Shown here: in pieces, positions 8,274 to 17,614 of the stretch
How the letters are laid out: each line of letters opens with the position of its first letter
How positions within the stretch are numbered: the first letter of the stretch is position 1
NCBI GenBank assembly: GCA_033722155.1
Contig: JAWVZN010000003.1
Coordinates: 24,845-88,844, forward strand
Direction of reading: 5' to 3'
DNA from: Gemmatimonadota bacterium
Lineage (GTDB): Bacteria; Gemmatimonadota; Gemmatimonadetes; JACCXV01; JAHWKZ01
DNA length: 64,000 nt
Position numbers and translations under genes: made by a program
Notes under the pieces: generated by a model
Database searches by the model: none
Told to the model about the DNA's origin: nothing
Seen by the model: only the letters and a program-made list of their open reading frames with translations

Positions 8274-10244
8274 TCACGACCCCTCCGCCAGCACCCGGCG
8301 ATCCCCCTCGCGGCGGGTCACCCCCCTCCGGTCGAACCACTCGAGGAGCGGGATCAGGTACTTCCGGCTCACCCCGAAGAGCTCCTTCAGCTCGCCCACC
8401 CCGGCGGCGCCGTCCCGCTCCAGCCGCTCCACCACCCGGCGCTCGGCCCGAGCCAGCGCGTCCGCGTCCGCGTACCAGTCGCTTGCGAGCTTCACCAGCT
8501 CCCCCTCCCGCTCCAGATGGCGCAGCAGCTCCCGCACCCGGGCCGGGTCGGCGTCGAGCCGGTCGACGAGGCCGTCGGTGCCGGGAGGCTCGATCCCCGC
8601 GGACGCGTACGCCTCCCGGATCCGCCCGGCGAGCTCGCGGTCGCCGTCGACCAGCTCCACCCGGTGGTCCGCCAGGGCCAGGGCGGTGCCTCCCGAGCCC
8701 CGACGCTCCACCGCGCCGATCTCGACGAGCCGCTCGATCGCCGCCTCCACGAGGGCGGGGCGGGCGGAACGGGCGCTCTGCCGCGCCGCCTCCAGCGGCA
8801 TGCCCGGCTGCAGGGGCTCCCCGGCGTGATGGGCCCGCAGGGCGGCGAGGATCCGCTCCATCGTCCGCTCGCGCGCGGCCCGGGCGAACCACCGCCCTCC
8901 GTGGGCCTCCACCGCCACGTCGTCCGCGGCCCGCGCACGCGCCAGAGCGTCGCCTCCCAGGCCCGTCGCCAGCGGGAGCTCCGGCTCGGGAATCCCGCCG
9001 GCGCCGGCCGCGGCCAGTGCCAGCGCGAGCCGCTCGCTCCCCCGGGCGTCCGCCAGTGCCGCGAGCCGGACCGCGCGATCCACCCGTTCCGAACCCCGGA
9101 CCCGCGGCGGCTCCAGGGCGAGCACCTCGCCGCCGCCGATCGTCTCGACCGGGCTGTAGGCGCGGACGACCAGGGGATCGCCCACCGCCGGAACGATCGG
9201 CGCCTCCAGCGCGAGCCGGGCCACCGCCCCGGCGCCCGGCGCCACCGCCTCCTCGGCGTACCACCAGGCGCGCCCCATCACCTCTCGCGTTCCGTGGTGC
9301 ACCCGGATCCTCGCGCCCCGCTCCAGCGGCCGTGGCGCTTCCGGTCCCAGCCAGATTTCGGCGTCGATCGTGTCTACCGGCCTCCAGGGGCGCTCCGGAC
9401 CCGCCAGAACGGTCCCTCGTCCCAGAGCGTCGGAGTCGACCCCGGCGAGGGCGAGGGCGGCCCGGCGTCCGGCGCTCACCCGATCCACCTCCTCACCGTG
9501 TACCTCGATCGTCCGAACCCGCGCCGCGAGGGGGCGCTCCCGCGCTCCGGCGCCGGCGGGGAAGGCGGAGACGGTGTCCCCCTCCGAGACCGATCCGCTC
9601 CAGACGGTTCCCGTCGTCACGGTCCCGGCGCCGGTCACCAGGAAGGCCCGGTCCACCGGGAGGCGGAAGGGGAAGCGGCCCGTTTCCCGCGGGACGGGCT
9701 CGCGCAGGACCCCGGCCAGGGCGTCGCGGAGCGCCTCGATCCCCTCGCCGGTGCGGGCGGAGACGAGCCGGATCGGCGCGCCGGCGAGCCCGCTGTCGGC
9801 GATCTCCTCGCGCACCGTCTCGGCGACCAGCTCCGCCCACTCCCCCTCCACCAGGTCCGTCTTGGTGACGGCCACCACGCCGCGGTCGACCCTTAGGGCG
9901 TCCAGCACCAGCAGGTGCTCGCGGCTCTGGGGCATCATCCCCTCGTCGGCGGCGACCACGAAGAGCACCGCGTCGATCCCGGTGGCTCCGGCGACCATGT
10001 TCCTCACGAAGTCCTCGTGGCCGGGGACGTCCACCACGCTGGTCGGCGGGACGCCGGGGCCCAGGTCGAGGGGCGCGAACCCGAGGTCGATCGAAATTCC
10101 CCGCTCCCGCTCCTCCGGCAGCCGATCGGTCGCCACCCCGGTGAGCGCGGCGACCAACTCGGTCTTGCCGTGATCGATGTGGCCGGCGGTCCCGACGACC
10201 CGGCCCACTCGCGGGCCGGCCACGCGCGGTCGATCCGCGCTCAC
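8274..10244 (-). CDS. selB: Selenocysteine-specific translation elongation factor
   Basis: GTAGHIDHGKT, DVPGHEDF and TKTD G-motifs, EF-Tu-like domains II/III, and a long C-terminal winged-helix region ending KYLIPLLEWFDRRGVTRR. GTG start in a GTGA overlap with the recO stop (10241-10244). An alternative GTG lies at 10208. Confidence 0.85.
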   Translation of the reverse strand: MSADRPRVAGPRVGRVVGTAGHIDHGKTELVAALTGVATDRLPEERERGISIDLGFAPLDLGPGVPPTSVVDVPGHEDFVRNMVAGATGIDAVLFVVAADEGMMPQSREHLLVLDALRVDRGVVAVTKTDLVEGEWAELVAETVREEIADSGLAGAPIRLVSARTGEGIEALRDALAGVLREPVPRETGRFPFRLPVDRAFLVTGAGTVTTGTVWSGSVSEGDTVSAFPAGAGARERPLAARVRTIEVHGEEVDRVSAGRRAALALAGVDSDALGRGTVLAGPERPWRPVDTIDAEIWLGPEAPRPLERGARIRVHHGTREVMGRAWWYAEEAVAPGAGAVARLALEAPIVPAVGDPLVVRAYSPVETIGGGEVLALEPPRVRGSERVDRAVRLAALADARGSERLALALAAAGAGGIPEPELPLATGLGGDALARARAADDVAVEAHGGRWFARAARERTMERILAALRAHHAGEPLQPGMPLEAARQSARSARPALVEAAIERLVEIGAVERRGSGGTALALADHRVELVDGDRELAGRIREAYASAGIEPPGTDGLVDRLDADPARVRELLRHLEREGELVKLASDWYADADALARAERRVVERLERDGAAGVGELKELFGVSRKYLIPLLEWFDRRGVTRREGDRRVLAEGS

Positions 10245-10981
10245 GCCGACCCCGCCCCCGCCGGTCGCGCGTCGGCGTGCCACGCCACGAAGCGGTCGAG
10301 CCGCTCGCGGACCCGCGCCTCCCCCCGGGCGCCCGACCCGAGCGCGTCGACCAGGCTCCAGTCGGGGTGGTCGAACACCACCAGAAGGCCGTACTCGTCC
10401 CGTCCGAGCCGGCCGGCCGCGCCGCCGGCGCAACGCGAGCAGACCGCGCCCCCCTCTTCGACCGAGAACCCCATTCCCTCCGAATCCGGGAGGGCGGCCC
10501 CGCAGCCCGCGCACGCGTCGACCATCGGAGCGAGGCCGAGCGTACGGACCGCCGCGAGGCGGTGGTAGGTGGACCACCGGGGGATCGCCCGGATCTCCAC
10601 CGCCTCGAGCCGCCGCAGGGCGGCCGCCGCCAGCGTGAAGAGGGGCTCGGCGGGTGCGTGCTCGGGGACCACCCTTCGGAGGAACCGGAACCACGCGCCC
10701 GCGGCCTCCATCCGCTCGAGCGACCCGATCACGCCGGGGTAGTCCGACACGAGGTCCGCCCTGGAGAGGGTCTGGATTTCGCGGCTCGGCTTGTCGTAGT
10801 AGGTGACGTCGAGCCGGTGGAAGGGGTCCATGCGCGCCCCGAAGCGGCTCTTCGGCCGCCGCACCCCCTTGGCGATCACCGGCACGACGCCGCGGTCGCG
10901 GGTGAAGAGGCGGTAGATCATGCTCGTCTCTCCGTACCGGATCGCCTGGACGACGAACGCCTCGGTCGTCACCAGCGCCAC
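10241..10981 (-). CDS. recO: DNA repair protein RecO
   Basis: MALVTTEAFVVQAIRYGETS... N-terminal OB-fold, and a C-terminal CAGCG...CSRC zinc motif. Confidence 0.9.
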   Translation of the reverse strand: MALVTTEAFVVQAIRYGETSMIYRLFTRDRGVVPVIAKGVRRPKSRFGARMDPFHRLDVTYYDKPSREIQTLSRADLVSDYPGVIGSLERMEAAGAWFRFLRRVVPEHAPAEPLFTLAAAALRRLEAVEIRAIPRWSTYHRLAAVRTLGLAPMVDACAGCGAALPDSEGMGFSVEEGGAVCSRCAGGAAGRLGRDEYGLLVVFDHPDWSLVDALGSGARGEARVRERLDRFVAWHADARPAGAGSA

Positions 10982-10988
10982 GCCCGCC

Positions 10989-12353
10989 TCACAACCACTG
11001 GAGCAGGAACCAGGAGGCGGATCCCAGGATCAGCAGGAATGACACCAGGTCGGTCATCGTGGTGAGGAAGACCGACGAGCTGACCGCCGGGTCGAGTCCG
11101 ATCCGGTCGAGGATCAGCGGGAAGGCCGCGCCCCAGGTGACCCCGATCGCCATCGCCGCCCACATCGATCCTCCGACGACCAGCCCCACCCGGAGGCTGT
11201 CCTGCCACACCGCCGCCACCCCGGCGAGGATCAAGGCGATCATCCCTCCGATCACGATTCCCGCGAGCACCTCCCGGGACAGCGAGCGCGCCGGTCGGGC
11301 CCCACCATCCAGCGCCAGCCGGCGCACCGCCACGGTGGTGGCCTGGATCGCCGAATTGCCCGCCAGCGCGGCGACCACCGGCATGAAGACCGCGATGAAG
11401 GCGAGCCGCTGGATCGTCTCCTCGAACTGGGCCACCACCAGGGCCCCGAGGCCCGAGGTGCCGAGCGTGATCAGCAGCCACGGCGCCCGCGAGCGCACGA
11501 TCTCGAGCGGGGAGGCGTGGCGCTCCTCTTCCTCGTCCACGCCCGAGAGCCGGAACAGGTCCTCCGTCGTCTCGGCCTCGATGATGTCGATCACGTCGTC
11601 GACGGTGACCCGTCCGAGGAGGTGGTCGAACTCGTCGACCACCGGGATCGAGACGAGGTTGTACTTGGCGATCAGGCGGGCGACGTCCTCCTGGTCGTCC
11701 AGCGGCTGCACCCGCACGGTGTCCGCCTCCATGATCTCCCCGACCCGCGTCTCGCCGGGGGCGAGGATGAGGTCCTGGAGCGAGAGGGTGCCGACGAGGC
11801 GGTTTTCGGCGTCCACCACGTAGACGGTGTAGAAGTCGTGCACCTCCCGCCCCTTTCGCCGGACGGCGACGATCGCCTCGTCGGCGGTGAGGTTCACCGG
11901 CACCGAGACGATCTCGGTCGTCATGACGCCGCCGGCGGAATCGACGTCGTACTGCATCAGGGCGGAGATCTCGCGCGACTCCTCGGGCTCGATCCGCGCC
12001 AGGATCCCGCGCGCCTCCTCGCGCGAGAGCTCCCCGAGGATGTCGGCGGCGTCGTCCACCTCGAGCTCCCCGAACAACCTCCGGAGCCCGGGCTCCCCGT
12101 CGATCGTCTCGAGCAGCTCCGGCCACGTCTCCTCGTCGACCTCGGCGAGGGTCTCCGCCTTGAGGGAGGCGGGAATCCGGCGGAAGAAGGCGACCCGCTC
12201 CCCCTCCTCCTCCAGCCCGTCGATCACCTCGGCGAGGTCGGCGGGATGCAGCTCGGCGATCCGCGCGTCGAGCGACGCGACGTCCTCGCCGCGCTCGAGC
12301 GCTCTGCGGATCTCCTCGATCCGCTCGTGGGCGTGTTCGGTCTGATCCTGCAT
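10989..12353 (-). CDS. mgtE: Magnesium transporter MgtE
   Basis: MgtE_N (HPADLAEVIDGL), CBS pair, and C-terminal MgtE TM domain. ATG at 12353 lies 2 nt after the upstream stop. Confidence 0.9.
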   Translation of the reverse strand: MQDQTEHAHERIEEIRRALERGEDVASLDARIAELHPADLAEVIDGLEEEGERVAFFRRIPASLKAETLAEVDEETWPELLETIDGEPGLRRLFGELEVDDAADILGELSREEARGILARIEPEESREISALMQYDVDSAGGVMTTEIVSVPVNLTADEAIVAVRRKGREVHDFYTVYVVDAENRLVGTLSLQDLILAPGETRVGEIMEADTVRVQPLDDQEDVARLIAKYNLVSIPVVDEFDHLLGRVTVDDVIDIIEAETTEDLFRLSGVDEEEERHASPLEIVRSRAPWLLITLGTSGLGALVVAQFEETIQRLAFIAVFMPVVAALAGNSAIQATTVAVRRLALDGGARPARSLSREVLAGIVIGGMIALILAGVAAVWQDSLRVGLVVGGSMWAAMAIGVTWGAAFPLILDRIGLDPAVSSSVFLTTMTDLVSFLLILGSASWFLLQWL

Positions 12354-12355
12354 CG

Positions 12356-13606
12356 TCACGAAGGGGATTGGGGGGGCGGTCGGCGCCGACGTCGGAAGCG
12401 GACGCGCCGAAGTCGCCGAGGGGTCGCGTCGAGCGCCTCGACCGTCCACTCGTCCCAGACGAAGGATTCGCCCGGCCGCGGAATCCGGCCGAGCTGGCCG
12501 ACCACGAAATCGGCCACCGTGGCCGCGCCGGCGAGATCGAGGTCGCGCTCCTCCTCAATCTGGGCGGCGGGGGTGGAGGCGTCAACGGCGAACGAGTCGG
12601 CGGAGTCGGCCCCTCCCTCGAGGCGGGCGTCGTGCTCGTCGCGGATCTCGCCCACCAGCTCCTCCACCAGATCCTCCAGGGTGACCATCCCCGCGGTACG
12701 CCCCTCCTCGATCACCACCGCGATGTGGCAGCGGCGCCGCTTCATCGTGAGCAGCAGCTCGTCGCAGGGCGTCTCGGGACCGGCGCGAACGACCCGCCGG
12801 GGACGGGGGCGCTCGCCGGGGTGGAGCCGCATCAGGTCGAACACGTGAACGAAGCCCACGACCTCGTCCGTCCGCTCGTCCCGAAGCGGGATCCGGGAGA
12901 AGCCGGTTTCCCGGATGAGGCGGGCGATCTCCCCCGCCGGGGCGTCCGCCGGAGCGGCGACCATCCGCTCCGCCGGGGTGAGGACCGAGCGCGCGGGGGT
13001 GCGGCCGAACTCGAAGACCCCGGCGATGATCTCCCGCTCGGCCGGCTCGACAACCCCCACGCGCTCGCTTTCCACCAGAAGCGCCTCGAGGTTGCGTCGT
13101 CCGGTGGCGGCCCGCACCTCGGCGTCGGAGCCCCGGCGGCGGATCAGCCAGCGGGCCACGGCGTCGCCGACCACCACGAGCGGCTTGAAGACCCAGGCCC
13201 CCACCCGCAGCACCAGCGCCACCCCGGGAAAGAGCTGGTGGGCCCGGGCCCGGGCGATCGCCCGCGGCATCGCCTCGCCCAGCAGGTAGAGGGGCGGCAC
13301 GAGGGCCACGCTCGCGAGCCCCGCCAGCGCGACGATTCCGGAGCCCTCCGGCTCGCCCTCGGGGGCGAGCGCCCCCGCGGTCGCCATCGCGGCCACCGTC
13401 ACCGTGAGCGTGTGCCCGACCAGGATCGGGCTCAGCAACCGGTACGGGCGCTCCACCACCTCGGCGGCCGCCCTGCCTCCGGCCTGCATCGCCTCGCTCA
13501 CCCAGTGGCGCAGCCGGAGCCGGCTCGCCGAGACGATCGCCAGCTCGGCCAGCGAGAAGAGGGCCGCCACGGCGACGGCGATGCCGACGGCGATCCACGA
13601 GCTCAC
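12356..13606 (-). CDS. CNNM/DUF21-CBS-CorC_HlyC family protein (hemolysin/Mg-Co efflux-like)
   Basis: N-terminal DUF21 TM region, CBS pair, and C-terminal CorC_HlyC domain. GTG start in a GTGA overlap at 13603-13606. Confidence 0.85.
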   Translation of the reverse strand: MSSWIAVGIAVAVAALFSLAELAIVSASRLRLRHWVSEAMQAGGRAAAEVVERPYRLLSPILVGHTLTVTVAAMATAGALAPEGEPEGSGIVALAGLASVALVPPLYLLGEAMPRAIARARAHQLFPGVALVLRVGAWVFKPLVVVGDAVARWLIRRRGSDAEVRAATGRRNLEALLVESERVGVVEPAEREIIAGVFEFGRTPARSVLTPAERMVAAPADAPAGEIARLIRETGFSRIPLRDERTDEVVGFVHVFDLMRLHPGERPRPRRVVRAGPETPCDELLLTMKRRRCHIAVVIEEGRTAGMVTLEDLVEELVGEIRDEHDARLEGGADSADSFAVDASTPAAQIEEERDLDLAGAATVADFVVGQLGRIPRPGESFVWDEWTVEALDATPRRLRRVRFRRRRRPPPQSPS

Positions 13607-14910
13607 GGCGAGCCCTCCCGGCCCGGGCTCTCCTCCGCTTCCCCCTCCTCGTCGGACTCCAACACGCGGTCGGCCCGAACCTTCAGGATCCGCTTCTCCT
13701 CGACCCCCTGGACCCGGAAGCGCCATCCTCCCGTCTCGACCGTCTCGCCTCCGGTGGCGATCCGTCCGAGCTCCCGCGCCACGATCCCCCCGATCGTGTC
13801 GACGCCCTCGGTCTCGAGTTCGCTGCCGGTCATCTCGTTGAAGTCGTCGGCATCGAGCCGGGCGTCGATCCGGAGCGAGCCGTCGGCGAGCGGCTCCACC
13901 ATCGGGGCCTCGCGGTCGTACTCGTCCTGGATCTCTCCGACGAACTCCTCGAGCACGTCCTCCAGGGTGACGATGCCGGCCACCCCGCCGTATTCGTCCA
14001 CGACGACCGCAAGGTGGAAGCGGTCGCGCTGGAACTCCCGCAGCAGCGAATCGATCTTCTTCCCCTCGGGCACGAAGACGGCCTCCCGCACCAGGGTCTC
14101 GATCTCGACCGGCTCGGCGAGCCCCTGAACGATCGGCAGCAGGTCCTTGGCATAGAGGATTCCCGCGATCTCGTCGAGCGACTCCCGGTAGACCGGCACC
14201 CGGGAGTGCTCGGAGGCACGCACGGTCTCCACCATCTCCTCCCACGGCGTCGACGTGTCGATCGCCACCACGTCGGGGCGGGGAGTCATCACCTCGCGCA
14301 CCGTGGTGTCCCCGAAGCCGAAGATCGAGGTGATCATGCGCCGCTCGTCCAGGTCGAGGTCGGCCCGCGCGCTCGTCTCGGCGACCATCGAGCGCACGTC
14401 CTCGGGGGCGAGAGGCTCGATTCCCGGAGCGGGCCCGACCCCCCGCTCGAGGGCGTCGACCAGCGCCGTGATCGCTACGGTGATCGGCGTCAGCGCCCAG
14501 AGCCACACCGCCAGCGGACCGCTGGCCCGCCGCGCCCACTGGCCGGGCCGCTCGGTCGCGAGAGCCCGGGGCGCGAGCTCGGCGCCCACCAGGACCACCG
14601 TCCCCGTCACCAGCGCCGTCGCGATCCACCCGACCAGGGAGACGGGCTCGTCCGATAGCGCGCGGAGCGCGATCCAGGCGGACGCGCCGGTCCAGACGAC
14701 GGCCAGGAGGTGGCCCAGGGCCACGGCGTGCTGCAACCGCCGGGGCCGGGCGAGCAGCCGCTCGACCCGGGACGGGCCGACCGACGAAGTGCCGGGGACG
14801 GAGTCGTCGGGGGTGGAGAGCGCGAAGAAGGCCGCTTCCGCGATGGCGAAGAAGGCCGCCACCGCGAGCCCCGCGAGGAGCGAGCCGGCGAGAACGAGGA
14901 CCTGGGTCAC
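13603..14910 (-). CDS. CNNM/DUF21-CBS-CorC_HlyC family protein (paralog)
   Basis: Same architecture as the neighbour (VREVMTPRPDVVAID..., VVDEYGGVAGIVTLEDVLEE..., transporter-associated C-terminus). GTG start in a GTGA overlap with the ybeY stop at 14907-14910. Confidence 0.85.
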   Translation of the reverse strand: MTQVLVLAGSLLAGLAVAAFFAIAEAAFFALSTPDDSVPGTSSVGPSRVERLLARPRRLQHAVALGHLLAVVWTGASAWIALRALSDEPVSLVGWIATALVTGTVVLVGAELAPRALATERPGQWARRASGPLAVWLWALTPITVAITALVDALERGVGPAPGIEPLAPEDVRSMVAETSARADLDLDERRMITSIFGFGDTTVREVMTPRPDVVAIDTSTPWEEMVETVRASEHSRVPVYRESLDEIAGILYAKDLLPIVQGLAEPVEIETLVREAVFVPEGKKIDSLLREFQRDRFHLAVVVDEYGGVAGIVTLEDVLEEFVGEIQDEYDREAPMVEPLADGSLRIDARLDADDFNEMTGSELETEGVDTIGGIVARELGRIATGGETVETGGWRFRVQGVEEKRILKVRADRVLESDEEGEAEESPGREGSP

Positions 14911-15347
14911 GACCCGACGGGGAAGGCCCGCTCGACCCACCTCTCCTGGCAGAGCCGCATCCGCCGGTCGGCCTCGTCGGTGTCGTGATCGTGGCCGGCC
15001 AGGTGGAGGGCGCCGTGGACGAAGAGCCGCCACACTTCGCGGGCGGCGGGCTCGTCGCGCTCGAGCGCCTGCTCCCGGGCGCGATCGACCGAGACGTACA
15101 CCTCCCCGAGGATCCCCCCGGCGTCCCCGGGGTCGTAGGGGAAGGCCAGCACGTCGGTGGGGCCTTCCCGGTCGCGGAAGCGCTCGTTCATCTCGGCGAT
15201 GCCGGAATCGTCCACGAGGATGCAGTGGAGCTCCCCCTCCCCGGACATCCCCTCCTCGCGCACCATCGTCGCCAGGGTCTGGGCCGGGAAGGGTTCGAGC
15301 TCAGCCGGTGGCCGGACCGACGCGTGGAACCGTATCCGCACGCTCAT
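14907..15347 (-). CDS. ybeY: rRNA maturation endoribonuclease YbeY
   Basis: GPTDVLAFPY and HGALHLAGHDH metal-binding motif. Confidence 0.9.
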   Translation of the reverse strand: MSVRIRFHASVRPPAELEPFPAQTLATMVREEGMSGEGELHCILVDDSGIAEMNERFRDREGPTDVLAFPYDPGDAGGILGEVYVSVDRAREQALERDEPAAREVWRLFVHGALHLAGHDHDTDEADRRMRLCQERWVERAFPVGS

Positions 15348-17601
15348 GCTTCGCCTCTTCCTCGGGGGCGTGGAGGGGGACGCCCGGGTACTCGATCCGA
15401 TGGTGGTGGATTCCGGTGAGGACGCTCACGAACTTCTCCTCGACCGTCGACAGGTCCGCGAACGCCAGCCCGGTCCGCTCGAGCTGGCGCTCCTCGAGCT
15501 TCATCTCCACGATCCTCTGGACCACTTCGCGGAATCGCTCGGGCGAAGGGTCCCGCACCGTGCGGCTCGCCGCCTCCACCGAGTCGGCGAGCATCACCAC
15601 CGCGGTCTCCTTCGAACGGGGCTTCGGGCCCGGGTACCGGAACTCGCTTTCCGTAGGGGTCGACAGCGGGCTCTCCTCCTCCGTCCTCTCCCAGAAGTAG
15701 GTGAGCCGTGTCGTACCGTGGTGCTCGCGGATGAAGTCGACGACGACCTCCGGCAGGCCGGCCCCCTTCGCCAGCGCGACCCCGTCGGTAACGTGCCGGA
15801 TCACGATCCGCGCGCTCGCCCGCGCGCTCAGCGCGTCGTGGGGGTTGCCCCCCTTGCCCTGGTTCTCCGCGAAGTACTCCGGCCGCTCGATCTTCCCGAT
15901 GTCATGGTAGTAGGCGCCCACCCGGGCGAGCAGCGAGTTGGCCCCGATCCCCTCGGCCGCCGACTCCGCCAGGTTGCCGACGATGATGGCGTGATGGTAG
16001 GTACCGGGCGCCTCCAGCAGCAGCCGCTTCAGCAGGGGACGGTTGAGGTCGGCGAGCTCGAGGAGGGTGAGGTCGGTAGTGCGCCCCGAAGCCCACTCCA
16101 GCACCGGGAGCAGCCCCATCGCCAGGAAGACCGCGAGGGCCGCGCTCAACCCTCCCCATGCCACCGCCACCCCGAACTCCGTCAACTCCCAGAGCCGGAG
16201 CAGCGCGATCAGGCCGACCGCGGTGGCGTGGCCGACGAAGATGAAGACGAGGGACTCGTAGAAGTGGGTGCGCCGCCGGATGCGGCGGACGCTCCACCCG
16301 CCGGCCAGTCCGGCGAGGAGACCGGTCCACAGAAGCGGCATCCCGAGCTCCCCCTGCGAGGCGAGAAAGACGGCGAGGAACAGCGTCGTGACCGCGCTCA
16401 GGCGGGTGTTCCAAAGCACCGCCACCATCACCGACGCGAACGCGATCGGAACCGCGTGCCCCGGCACCCCCTCCACCCGATCCACGAACCCGCCGATCCC
16501 CGCGACCAGGCCCCACACCACGACGATCACCGCCAGGGCGCGAAGGTCGTCGAACACGTCACGGCAGTACAGGAAGAGGTAGAAGCCGAACAGCAGGAGC
16601 AGGGCGGCGTTGAGGCCCAGCTTCCCCATCGCGACCTGGACGTCCTCGGGGGTGACTCCCCCGCGGCTGCGCTCGAGCTCCGCAGCCAGCGCCCGCACCT
16701 TCGCCTCCTGTCCGGGGGTGACGCGGGTGTGGGCGCCGACGATCAGCTCCCCCTGCAGAACCTCCTCCTCGATCGGCTCCACCGCCTCGCGCGCCTGCTG
16801 TCGACGGATCGCCGTGACGGCGGGCCGTGGCCTCAGGTTCGGAGGAATCAGGCCGGGGATCAGCTGCAGAGCGAGCGGCTCGAGGTCCGGGCCGAGGTCG
16901 CGGGCCCGCCTGCCGAGCCCCGGGATCTCCGCGCCGGGAGCGAGGCCCACGAGCTCGGAGCGCGCCACCAGCTCCTCCTGCGCGTCGGGCCGGCGCAGGG
17001 CGATCTGCGCGCTGGAAAGCCCCTCGCGATCGTCGGCCGGGATCAGCCACCGGCGTCGGTAGAGCTCGGGGAGCGCCTCGCGGGCGAACGCCCGGAGCGA
17101 GTCCCGGACCCCCGCCCGGAGGAGATCGCGCAGCTCCGCCGGCCGAAGGCCGAGGGAGCGGCCGTCCACACGGTTCAGCGACTCCAGCGCGGCCGGGGTC
17201 ACGGTGTCCCGCTCGTCGACCTCGGTGGCCCGCTCCAGATACGCGTCGACCGCGGCGATCGCGGAATCCGCGGCCGCCGGCACCTCCGCGAACACCGGCG
17301 GGACGGTGAGCGCGGCCTGTTCCCGGCGGCTGGCGAGCTCTTCCTCGGAGCGGGGCACCTCGAAGTCGATCGGAGCGATGACGTCCTCGGAGGCGACCGT
17401 CCCGGCGCGCACCCGCGGCACGTCGTAACCCCCGCGAGGCGGGAAGAGCACCAGGGCGAGGGTCGCCAGGGCCCCGAGCAGCCCCAGCCTCCAGGCGAGG
17501 TCGATCGGCGCAGTGGGATCCCCGGAGGGGCGCCATCGCTGGATCGCGTCGCCAATCTCCCCGGCCACGCGCTCCATCCGGCGGACCCATCGGTCGTTCA
17601 C
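15301..17601 (-). CDS. 7TM-receptor HD/HDIG phosphohydrolase (PgpH/YqfF-like)
   Basis: Extracellular 7TMR-HDED-like N-terminus, 7 TM helices, and an HD domain with YYHDIGKI. Conserved phoH-HD-ybeY neighbourhood. Confidence 0.85.
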   Translation of the reverse strand: MNDRWVRRMERVAGEIGDAIQRWRPSGDPTAPIDLAWRLGLLGALATLALVLFPPRGGYDVPRVRAGTVASEDVIAPIDFEVPRSEEELASRREQAALTVPPVFAEVPAAADSAIAAVDAYLERATEVDERDTVTPAALESLNRVDGRSLGLRPAELRDLLRAGVRDSLRAFAREALPELYRRRWLIPADDREGLSSAQIALRRPDAQEELVARSELVGLAPGAEIPGLGRRARDLGPDLEPLALQLIPGLIPPNLRPRPAVTAIRRQQAREAVEPIEEEVLQGELIVGAHTRVTPGQEAKVRALAAELERSRGGVTPEDVQVAMGKLGLNAALLLLFGFYLFLYCRDVFDDLRALAVIVVVWGLVAGIGGFVDRVEGVPGHAVPIAFASVMVAVLWNTRLSAVTTLFLAVFLASQGELGMPLLWTGLLAGLAGGWSVRRIRRRTHFYESLVFIFVGHATAVGLIALLRLWELTEFGVAVAWGGLSAALAVFLAMGLLPVLEWASGRTTDLTLLELADLNRPLLKRLLLEAPGTYHHAIIVGNLAESAAEGIGANSLLARVGAYYHDIGKIERPEYFAENQGKGGNPHDALSARASARIVIRHVTDGVALAKGAGLPEVVVDFIREHHGTTRLTYFWERTEEESPLSTPTESEFRYPGPKPRSKETAVVMLADSVEAASRTVRDPSPERFREVVQRIVEMKLEERQLERTGLAFADLSTVEEKFVSVLTGIHHHRIEYPGVPLHAPEEEAKHERADTVPRVGPATG

Positions 17602-17614
17602 GGTCGGCGGGCTC

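Noticed and set aside
8274-10694. ORF-track version of selB that is 150 codons longer (806 aa)
   Set aside because: The extra N-terminus is Arg/Gly/Pro-rich, overlaps most of the recO 3' half in another frame, and precedes the universally N-terminal GxxGHxDHGKT motif by about 160 residues. The GTG in the GTGA overlap at 10244 is the sensible start.
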